Shown piece after piece: positions 39,801-49,400 of a DNA stretch of 59,110 bases. The DNA lies in the IMG/VR virus record IMGVR_UViG_3300025626_000029, positions 1 through 59,110 of that record, one strand, 5' to 3'. The notes beneath the pieces were generated by a model that worked only from the letters and a program-made list of their open reading frames with translations, did no database searches and was not told the origin of the DNA. Source of the DNA: a virus (taxonomy: Duplodnaviria; Caudoviricetes). The number at the start of each line of letters is the position of its first letter. The stretch's first letter is position 1. Position numbers and translations under genes: made by a program.

Positions 39801-41054
39801 GAGTTAAATCTATCATCTTTTAATTTATCACTAGCGAACTATAAAGATTTAGCCATAGAACATGGTTCAATAAAAAGTCTTGTTAGTTACAACCAGTCGT
39901 TATTCTTTATACAAGAGCGTAGAGCTGGTGTACTAGCTGTTGGTAAGAATGTAATACAGACGGGTAGTGGTGATGATTTAGTTACATTAAGTACAAATGT
40001 TTTAGGAAATGAAAGATACTTTACTGGTGAATACGGGTGTGGGAATAATCCAGAGTCCGTAGCTCATTATAACGGTAAAATATTTTTTGCTGATGTAAAT
40101 AGCGGAGACTTAGTAGCTGTATCTTCTAATGGATTAACATCTATTAGTGATAAGACAATGTCATCTTTTATAAACAAGAAGTTCAACGCTGTCTCAAATG
40201 AGACTAGCCATAAGGTTATTGGTGGCATTGACAAAGACAACAAAGAGTATATTGTTACTACACCAGCAATAAGTGGTAGTCAAGATTCATTTACGTTAGG
40301 GTATTCTATAAACAATAACGTATTCACTACATTCTATAGTTTTGAACCAGAGTCTATTGTTAGCCTAAGAGGTTTCTTGCATACTTTTAAAGACGGTTAC
40401 TTATACGAGCACAACGAAACAGCTAGTAGAAACACGTTTTACGGAGCTTCAGCTGCTCAATCTTTAGTTGAAGTTATTTCTAAAAGCTCTCCTTCTGCCG
40501 TAAAGACTTATGAGTCATTATCCTTGGAGGGTAACACAGCGTGGGACACAACTATTTCTACAACTAATCAATCAGCTGTTATAGATGATACGTCTTATGG
40601 TGAGAAAGAAGGTTTTTACTACGCCTATGTACACGGAGCTACTACTAGCAGAAACGGAACAGATAATATCACTACAACAAAAAGCACAGATGAGTTTTTT
40701 GGATTAGGAATTGTAGATAGTGTATCGACTAATACCATTACGTTTAAGAATGATATATCCTCTATGAGTTTTCCTCTGGGTGTTTCTTCTTTCTTATATA
40801 AGGTAAATAACACGCAGCTTGTAGCATTGTCTTTAACAGCTTCTAGTATTTCTGGATCAAATCAACTAACTTGTAACGCAAATGTATCTGGATTAGCGCA
40901 AGATGATGTCGTTGTATTAGTTGCAGATTCATCTATTGAGGGTGACCAGATAAGAGATTACTTTGCTAAAATCAAACTAACAAAAACAGATACAAATCCT
41001 ATAGAATTATATGCTGTAAACGCAGTGGTAACAGATTCTAAGGCACATAATTAA
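36828..41054 (+). CDS. Tail nozzle/stabilisation protein (P22 gp10-like position)
   Basis: 1408 aa beta-rich; LNKDSDERLV...DALNLRI N-terminus, YQFAYKYVY, GIVYYD, YGCGNNPES. Confidence 0.75.
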   Translation: MAIDKLTPRYLNKDSDERLVKNVEMTDALNLRISTEDDGDGIVIKNAYGNVAKSFNIAPASGTSKVVGSVSHEQLGVIIFFIYNSNNSHSIYQYKSSTGSSTRVYQDSVLGFTADSFVKGDIIESNTGDILLFFNDSESDPKKINVTKAIAGNYPSKFTTGTDEEKLLFLTVAKQPPLDPPTYNIVNNSALKENRIFNKVYQFAYKYVYDDGEHSALSPYSSLTSSITQLRDGFITESAKNFYNQINIFVKNSVADVDKIVVYAREGNAGPFFEIEEKTNLHNSNAVTINFTDDKRGSLVSSTEQNKLFDNVPLKADSQEIVEGRLMYAGYTEGYENIDTTSELISNYKHVDNSIAVSLSQSTNYAVLLDYSGLPSTFTEDRVLYLNIVLNADEINLSDSGFADLSVSTDIFFSDEDGKNVDTKSISKIKNGIQSGISPLIIREQINISSGDSKQDLKDAIYALMHNNLFKVKLYPLGDGDSIRVMNASGSSLFTVESGEVKGSLTFKCTSTANAGTLIFNPEYLDVYINSFYEDAKKRLIIRSGRIVLDNADPSTDFVMTLTNRTSYFTAPLLKNLDVGKTFKSGSSHKLGIVYYDNRNRSGGVQELGRTYVNSLADRADEDNLKGSASVVMRVSHDPPTWANSWAPVYTGKGLSVSKFIYGIGGGFIPFNENSGVFSTPNKRIYISLNTLFEKDNSYVKAFGSDKSYSYKQGDKMRIISYGSSSLDLNIFKVVGHEILVDDYNTNPILDSSTPDTVNYTTGSFLIIEENQEATGFTYKNLENNDSKWFDDCIIEVYNDNQENKESIYYEIGTKYDVVSGAHEDDRVTTTPSFIITSQSGSDVEGTTTDRIFKGDIITSGSFSITVGNVYKEGNTYYFFAEETTDSTFTLDVAYAGTVTNTDKVIEIIQGDAYMRPRVMFAAPDQISKGRFRKMPGYNGIVRFIDDYSVSDFFNSESSSIGRPIARIDNAKQQKRKASITYSDFYSADGSELNLSSFNLSLANYKDLAIEHGSIKSLVSYNQSLFFIQERRAGVLAVGKNVIQTGSGDDLVTLSTNVLGNERYFTGEYGCGNNPESVAHYNGKIFFADVNSGDLVAVSSNGLTSISDKTMSSFINKKFNAVSNETSHKVIGGIDKDNKEYIVTTPAISGSQDSFTLGYSINNNVFTTFYSFEPESIVSLRGFLHTFKDGYLYEHNETASRNTFYGASAAQSLVEVISKSSPSAVKTYESLSLEGNTAWDTTISTTNQSAVIDDTSYGEKEGFYYAYVHGATTSRNGTDNITTTKSTDEFFGLGIVDSVSTNTITFKNDISSMSFPLGVSSFLYKVNNTQLVALSLTASSISGSNQLTCNANVSGLAQDDVVVLVADSSIEGDQIRDYFAKIKLTKTDTNPIELYAVNAVVTDSKAHN

Positions 41055-41072
41055 AATACGTAAATTTGCACT

Positions 41073-42005
41073 ATGGATCCAATTACAATGTCACTTCTCG
41101 TAGCTCAAGGTGTAGCCGGTCTGGGTAAGACTGGTTATGGTTTGTATCAGCAGAATGCTGGTAAAGCTGGTTTAGCTGGAGTACAAGAAGCTTCACGCAT
41201 GAAGCCGGCTGAATATGCCGAGATGTTAAAACAAGCTAAGTCTGGTCAAGCTGTACAGCAGCGTATTAGCGAGATAAACAAGGCGTTATCTACATCTACA
41301 GAAGCTTTACAGCGATCAGGTTCACGAGCTGTTATTGGAGGTATAGGTAAGGTTGTTGATGCAGGAACAGGAGCTACAAACCAGTTACTAGCACAACAGC
41401 AAAGAGATATTATGTCTGCGTTAGGCGCTTCTGCTATGGGTTCTGAAAGACAAATAAATAGAGATACACAGCGTGAAATGCTTGAACGTCAAGGATTCCA
41501 AAATGCCATTAATGCAGGTGTTCAAAATACTGTTAGTGGACTAAGCGATATTGGAAGAACTATTGGTTATGGGGCTTCTATGAGAAATGAGAGCAAAAAA
41601 TCTGGATCTGATTTACAAGACCCATTAGATTTTGAGATGAAAAATCCTCTGGAAGAAACAAATATACCTCAAGTAGGTGACCCTCTTCTAGAAGGTGGTG
41701 TTAATGCAGCTGGTATTGCCGAAATGTACAGACCCACTTCAAGCCCTATGATGGATTTAACTCTAGAGGAAGAAGAGGCAGCACGTAGAGCTATTAGCCA
41801 AATGAATAACTTTAAATATGGTGGTATGATGCAAACTCCAGGAGAGTTTAGTCATGATACTAATCCTATACACATGATCCAGGACGGAGAAGTTATTGGA
41901 GAAATGACAGGAGGGGAATACGTTTTGAACCCAAAACAAGCAAAAGCTATATCTAAAGAATCAAAGTTCTTCCGCAATTTGTTAAAGACAAAAAGATTTA
42001 AATAA
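41073..42005 (+). CDS. Putative ejection (internal virion) protein
   Basis: Ala/Gly/Gln-rich, hydrophobic N-terminus; C-terminal FKYGG...SH...GGEYVLN; promoter TAAATTTG at 41061-41068. Confidence 0.6.
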   Translation: MDPITMSLLVAQGVAGLGKTGYGLYQQNAGKAGLAGVQEASRMKPAEYAEMLKQAKSGQAVQQRISEINKALSTSTEALQRSGSRAVIGGIGKVVDAGTGATNQLLAQQQRDIMSALGASAMGSERQINRDTQREMLERQGFQNAINAGVQNTVSGLSDIGRTIGYGASMRNESKKSGSDLQDPLDFEMKNPLEETNIPQVGDPLLEGGVNAAGIAEMYRPTSSPMMDLTLEEEEAARRAISQMNNFKYGGMMQTPGEFSHDTNPIHMIQDGEVIGEMTGGEYVLNPKQAKAISKESKFFRNLLKTKRFK

Positions 42006-43378
42006 TGGAGGAGTTCGTACCAAGCACTGTAATTCAAACACCAGACTTTCTTGGATTGGCGCAACAACGCCAAGACCAAATGAAGAAAGAAAAAGCGGCT
42101 ACCTATAACTACATTAAAGATTATAAGCAGACGGGTGAAAACTACTTAGAAGGTTTTATACCAGCTGTTCAATCACAGTGGAATCAAGTAGAGCAAGCAA
42201 TGAGTGGTATTGCTTCTGATGATAATGTAGGAACTAGACGAGCTTTAGATAACGCTTATGCTAATTATTCCCGTGTCGCTGGAACAGCAAAACAACTAAC
42301 AGAAAGCTATCATACAAACACCTCAGCATTTAGATCTGACCCTGCTGGTTATGGAGTGAGCTTTGATGAGTATGATTTAACATCCCAGGCATATAGATTC
42401 ACACCTCAGACTCCTAATAGCTTGTTAGCTATGAGTGATTACGTTTTACCAAAGCGTAAGGAATTTGAGATAAACGATCCAGTAACAACAGCTAGACAGT
42501 TCTATAATGATTTAGGCGATCGCATTAAAAACGAGTTTACTAACCCTACTACTGGTCAGATAAATATAGAGGCTGCTGAAAATGCTGTTAGAGATCTTTT
42601 AGATTCTAGGATGAATGACCCTTACTCAGAAAACGTTTTAAAGGCTACTGTTTGGGGAGGTATAGATGCCGGACTACTAGGTCAAGAAAAACAAATAAGA
42701 AACGAACAGCAGTTTCAATTTATAGTACAGCAACCAGAAGATAAGAAAGAAAGATTCTTAGGTCGTTATAACGAAGCTGTTGTAAACAATTTCTTGTCTT
42801 TAATTCCAAGAGAAACCAAACCTACTAGTGAGGCTGGTAAGGCTATTGAATCTTATAAAAATGTAAGAGGATATAAAGTATCTAGCTTATTGATATACGG
42901 AGCCAAGAAACCTAGCGCTAGTGATGTTACAGCATTCCCTATACCAGAATCTGACATTATTGAAACTTCTAACAAATACGATGCCGCTCAAGATGCTCAA
43001 GGCAGAGCTAAAGAGCTTAAGGAAGATATTATAGAAGTTATGGTTGATGGTGACGGAGAGGTATTAGTCAAGGTGCAGGGAGCTTTTAAAGACAAAAACG
43101 GAAACAGCTTGCCTCCTGGAGTTATGGCTATTGTAGGAAACTTACCAGGTGTTGACGCTGACGCTAACAGAGATGTGTATACAACTGTTAGACCAGCCAA
43201 GCCAGATGAGATTGCTAAGATTCAAAGCAATCCAGGGTTATTAAGTTTACTAGAAAGAACGAAACAGGGTAAAATGCCAATAGCTGTGGATGCTGTAAAC
43301 CCACTGGGTGTTGGCGGTCAAAATTCCGTACCTTCGTCTAGTGGTAATCCACTAAATCTAAACTTACCCACACCGTAA
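42005..43378 (+). CDS. Putative ejection (internal virion) protein
   Basis: Helical 457-aa protein between nozzle and giant protein. Confidence 0.55.
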   Translation: MEEFVPSTVIQTPDFLGLAQQRQDQMKKEKAATYNYIKDYKQTGENYLEGFIPAVQSQWNQVEQAMSGIASDDNVGTRRALDNAYANYSRVAGTAKQLTESYHTNTSAFRSDPAGYGVSFDEYDLTSQAYRFTPQTPNSLLAMSDYVLPKRKEFEINDPVTTARQFYNDLGDRIKNEFTNPTTGQINIEAAENAVRDLLDSRMNDPYSENVLKATVWGGIDAGLLGQEKQIRNEQQFQFIVQQPEDKKERFLGRYNEAVVNNFLSLIPRETKPTSEAGKAIESYKNVRGYKVSSLLIYGAKKPSASDVTAFPIPESDIIETSNKYDAAQDAQGRAKELKEDIIEVMVDGDGEVLVKVQGAFKDKNGNSLPPGVMAIVGNLPGVDADANRDVYTTVRPAKPDEIAKIQSNPGLLSLLERTKQGKMPIAVDAVNPLGVGGQNSVPSSSGNPLNLNLPTP

Positions 43379-43402
43379 AAAGATTAATAAAAAATAATCA
43401 AT

Positions 43403-46400
43403 ATGCCTCAAGATAAACTCTCTGTACAGGATTTTGCATCACAGATAAAGGCTAAGTATCCAGAGTACAACGAATACGATGATTCTGTATTAGTTGACGC
43501 TATACTAGAAAAGTACCCTGTATACAAAGGGCAAGTAGATTACGCTCCAAAAAAAAAAGAAGCTACAGCTGGAGAGTCTTTGGTTGGACCATCAGTATCC
43601 ACAGAACCGACAGAGGTTGAGACACCACCAAATCCTTTCTTTGAGTCACTTAAAAAAGCTGATTTAGCGTTTGGTAGAGGTATTGCAAAGACTCCTATAT
43701 TAGCGGAGTTAGTATCTGGATCTAACAGCGTTGTCGGGGGAATACTTGATTACGCTAACATGGCTTACGACTTTGCTCGTTCTTCTGGAATGCCAGGTGG
43801 TTTTAATAGTGCTTTATTTCAAACCATAACATCTTTTGATGAACCTAACTTGGTTGAACAAGCGGCAGATATTTTTGCTAACAACTCAGAATACATAAGA
43901 AATACTCGTAACGCACAAGCGGGCATCACTAAAGAAGAGGCTGAGAAAGGTATTATAGGTTTAGCACAAGATGGTCAGATAGCTAAATCAGCTTTCTTAT
44001 TATTTAGCGGTGCTACAGAGGCTATACCTTCAGTAGCTTTGGCTGCTACAACAGGTGTTGGTACAGTTGCTGTAAGCGCTGGTGGTAATAAGTATCGTGA
44101 GATTGAAAACAATCCAGCATACTCACCGTCAGAAAAATTACTGTTTGCTACCGCAGCTGGTATTGTAGAGGGATTAGCAGAAAAGATGGGTGGGGCTGAC
44201 CTTGCAGCATTTAGAAAGATATTCTCTACACAAGCTTCTACTGAAGCATACAAACAATTTTTTATACAAAGTGTAAAAGCTAGTGACATCTATAAACAGA
44301 TGGCTAAAGGAGGTCTAGAAGAAGGTTTTGAAGAGGCTCTAGTAAATTCGTTTGATCAAATGGTTGCTGGGGTTAAAGAAGGAAAGCCTTTTGAAGTAAA
44401 CAAACTTGTTGACGATTTCTTAGTAGGTATGGTTGCCGGTGGTGGTACCATTGTAACAGCAAATGGAATGAGTGCTCGTGGTTCTATAAAGAATGAGAAG
44501 GCACGTGCAAAAAATGCACAACAGATAAAAGACCTACAGGATAAGAAAAAAGAAGCATCACAAGAACAGGTTAATGTTATTGATGATATGATCAAGAAGA
44601 ACATATCCTCATTACGTACATTAATTGATCAAGACGTTGAGTTCTTTGGTAAGTTTTCTACTGAGGACCAAAAAAGAATTAGAGATATTGATAGTGGGTT
44701 AAACAGTATAGCTAAGAAAAGAGAGCTTACTTCTGATGATTCTCAACTATATCTTTTACAAACAGAAGCTGTAGAACTTCTTGTTGAGAAAGATGCTATT
44801 GAATCTAAGTATCGCAACAACGAGGAAAATGCACTTATTGAAAAAGCTACTGACGAACAAATTGATGAGATTAGAAATCTTGAAGCTGTCATCCTTGATA
44901 AGAAGCAGAGGTTAGAAAATACAGAATCAAAAACAGCAGCTGATTTAATCAAATCTCAAATTGAAACATTAGAGTCAGAGCTGAATAAGAAAATAACAGA
45001 TATAATTGGTACAGTTGAAACTAAACCAGCTGCGCCAACAGAAACATTTGTACCAGAGGACGAACCTACTCCAGTTACTATTGACTTAAATGTAGACAAA
45101 CAAGCACAGCCAGATCGATTTGAGGATCTTATTGATGGTCGTGTAACCATGAAGTCTCCTTCTGGCAAGCAAGTTGCTGGTCGTATTGTTGATGAGGGTG
45201 CTGGTAAGATGTCTTTGCTAACTGACGATGGAGATATAATTGAGCTTGGTAATATGGATGATCTCAAGGGTAATTTTGCCGATGAGATAGGATTAGCTAA
45301 AGCAGAAGAGATAGTATCAATTGATGGTAATAAAATTACTATTCGTGGCGAGCAATATGAAAACAACTATAGCGATCCTCTAGCAGCGATTAACCGTGAC
45401 GATGAAGGCAGTATAGTATCCGTAAATTTGGATGCCGCAAACGGCACTAAAAGAACGTTTAGAGGCAACATAGGAGACGAGGTTGCTTATAACATTATTA
45501 CTAGCCAATACGAGCAAGAAGAATTAGAAAAGCAATTAGAAATTTTAGCTAAACAAGATGAAAAAATCAACCAACAGCTTGCCACGGCTCCAGAAACTGA
45601 AGTCGCTCCCACTCAAACAGCAACTACAAATATTGAGCAAGCTCCCGAACAAGAGCCAGAAGTAGCGCCACAGCCGAAAAAACGTATACAAGACAATCAA
45701 GTTCCGGTCAAAAAAGAGGTAATACGAGTAAAATCTAATGATGGTAGCTACGTAGATTATACTGTTACAACTAATTTAGACGGAAGCTATAAGTCTAGTT
45801 CTATAACTTACGATGAAAACGGTAATGAAACAGGACGCAATACAAGTACTTCAATAGGAAAGGGTTCAACAGCGTTAGATGCTGTAAAACAAAATGTAGC
45901 TGATGAATCATTAGGAGATATAGTTACAGTAGAGTCTACTCAAAGTGGAGAAGATTTTATGAATCCTAAAAAGAAAGCCGCATTAACTTCAGGACAAAAA
46001 AATAAACTTAAATCAAAGCAAGCTCCATCCGAAAAGCCAGCTGTTGAGAAAAAGTCAGAGCCTTCTACCACAGGGGATACCGAACTCCAAAAATTAACCG
46101 CATATGTTGATTACTTTAAATCAAATCCTGAAGCTAAAACAAAGATTCCAGGACCTAAATTCCCTAAAACCTATGGTTTAGATATATCAGTTGAAGTATA
46201 TAACCTACCTAATGGACGTTACGATATAGAAGCTTCATATGATGTAAGAAGAAAAGGAGAGATTTTTGGTTCTACCAGTATGTCGTCAAAAACTAATTAC
46301 GACCTTAACGGTGGATCTTCTTTTGAACAAGCGCTGGATATTGCATTTTCAAACATTGATAATAGTCTTTTAAACAAATCCAATCCTGTGTATACAGAAA

Positions 46401-49400
46401 GTGAATTGGCTAAAATCAAAGGCGTATTTATTGAAAATTGGAAAGCTGAAACACTTATCGGTAGAGCAGATGTTGAATCAAAAAAGACCGACAATACTGA
46501 TATGATAACCAGATTTGCTGGTGCTAGTGATATGAGTAGCGGTAACCCTAATAGACAGTGGGAAAATGAAGAAGATTTCTACTCTAAGGTTACCAGAGGC
46601 ACAGGAATGTCTGATGAATTCAAAACACAGATAGGTATTGCAGCTGTAATAAATAATGCAAAAAGAGATCGAGATGTTATCAATGGTAAGAAGCCTACTT
46701 CAAATAATGAATTGGTAAGTAAACCTCTTGATAGTATAGAAAGATTTAGAACTGTAGGTAAACAGGGTAAAATAGAATACTTTGCTGGTAGAGAAATGAG
46801 TCCAGGGAAGGGTTGGAAAGCTGTATATGGAACTCCTTTAGCTTCTAAATTAGTAGATATTGATGATGTATTAGTTAAAGCTGGTTTAAAGAAAGAAGAA
46901 TCTGTTGAGCCGGTAAAAGCGAAACCAACTGTTAAAACAGTTACACCAAAGAAAGATTCTAAGCCAATACCTAGTAAATCTGAAATTATTGATGCTGATT
47001 TAACAACAGGAATGTCGTTAAAGTCTGACAAAGATGCTAAGAACTTTCAGGAGATTAGAAAGTTTGGTATTGGTGTCGTAATAGAGACAACCCCTAAAAA
47101 GTTTATTAGCGAACACATAAAAGCTGTGTCTGCAAAATACACTTTTGTAGCACCTGGATATTCGCAAAACACTATTCCAGAGGTACAGAAAGTAATCATT
47201 GATTTTGTTAAAGATTACAATGCGAAGATTAACAGTATAGATAAAGAAGCTAGACCTTTTAGCCAGCTTATTGATTCTCGCAAGAAAGCTATTGATACTA
47301 TTAAATCCTTCGTAAAGGAAAAAGCAGATGCTATCGGTGTAAATAAGATACTGTTTGACTCTGTAACTATTGATGGTGTAAGTAAGGTATTAACCTTTGC
47401 TGATGCTATTAAACAGATCGATGACAGTGAGTTTTCTAAACTAAGAAATTATACTGAGGAGAATATTAAAGAAGAAGAAACCATCATAGCTGGTGTTAAG
47501 CTGACTAAAGAGGAGGCTAAAAGAGCTAAGGGGTTCATACCTTCAGCCGAAGATCTTAAAAACTTCTTCACTACAGAAAATGGTAAAGGCGCTGAGTTCA
47601 CAGTGCCCAATAAAGAATGGTGGGAAGCCGCTAAGAAGATAATGAATCTTGGTAGTGGTGTATCTGTAAGATTACACATCTATGAAGGCGGATACGATAA
47701 AAACCCAAAAAGAAAAAAAACAAAAGACGCTCCTAAAAATATAATGATACACGGCTCAGACAAGGGAGCCGCTAAAAGTGTAAAGGATGTTCTTGATTTT
47801 AAATACAAGGGCTTAAAAGGCATTGAGGCTGTATCAGCATTAGAGCAAGACTACTTTCATAACCTCGCTAACCCATGGCTTAAAAAAACCGTTACTGGAA
47901 CCAAAATAAAATTTGATCCAAAGGAAGTAGGTCAAGTAATGTGGGCTAATAACGGAATGTATGGATTTGAACTCATCACAAAAGCCAGAGCGTTTGATGC
48001 TTTAAGTAAAGGCAAAGGGGCTAAGAGACTTGTAATGGACGGGTTTGATGCGGATAGTTTTAGCGATTACGCAACTGAAAGCAATTTAATACAAGATATT
48101 AAAGACCTAAGAGCAGAAGGTTTAGATGTAGTAAAACAATACGTATCAGCTGTCGCTAAAGCTTTTAACGAAACAGAGGACAACGTAGCTAAGAGATTAG
48201 GGTTTGAGGCTTTGACAAAAGATGAAGAGGTTGTAGCTGTTAAATATCCAAAGACAGAAGAACTTAAAGGAACTGATGCAGCGCCTTCTGGAGCTTATAC
48301 TGATCAAAAAACTCAAGTAGTAAACAGTAAGCAACTCGGACCAATACGTTTTAAAAGCTCTATGGTAGCTAAAAACAAAACTGAAGAGTTCACCTTACAG
48401 CAAAGAATATACGAACGGAACGATGCTTTCAATCTTACAGGTCCAGAAAAAATAAACGGTCCTAGTGATGTAGCGTTTTTATTACGTCACCTTGAGTCAG
48501 CTACTTCTGAAAACATGTTCTTAGTAGTCAGTACTAAAGAAGGAGATTACAAAACCATTTGGCTTGGAACAGGTACTCAAAATTCAGCTGGCGTTGATAT
48601 GGTGCAAGTTGCTGGTCTTATAGATGCTGCTAGATTTGATTTAAAAGGAAAAGAAGTTTTTGTGACTTTTATCCATAACCACCCTTCTGGTAATTTAAAT
48701 CGTAGTTCTGGAGATTTAAACGTATATAGAAAATTTTCAAAATATATAAAATCAGTACCTGGAGTTACGCTATTAGATGGTTTAATTATCAATCTTGATA
48801 GCGGAAAATTCTCAACTTTTAATTCTGCAACATCAGAAAAATTAGATGTAAAAACTCCAGATAGTGTTGTTCCGGCTACAGTATATTCATTTTCAAGAAA
48901 AGAATTATACGAGCCGTTTTCAGAAAGACCTGGGGTTTTGACAGATAACACAAAGGCTGCAATGTTTTTAAGTAAGTTAAAGATTAATAATAGTGGAAAG
49001 TTTGGTCACCTTATATTAGACCAGAGTTTAGCCCCAACTTACTTTGCGTTTGTAGATCCTAATATATCAGCTGCTGAATGGGCAAGAACAATTGCTGTAG
49101 ATGCTGGTAGACATGGTATTACTACAATTATAGTGGGACCAATCGGAGATCCAAAAGTATTAAGCACTACGAACACATTGAAGAAAATGAGTGAGGTTCA
49201 AGTTATTGATACTAAAAATACAAGTGGTAATACTTCTATATTTGAAGGCAATGTTGAATACGTAACAGTAGAGGAAAGCACCCCAGAATTTAAAGAAAAA
49301 CAAGGATATACTCCTTTAACAGATGAAGAATTAGACTATCCATCAAGACTGCAATCTGCTTTAGAGAAGATTAAAGGCTTTAAATGGAACCAAGTACAAA

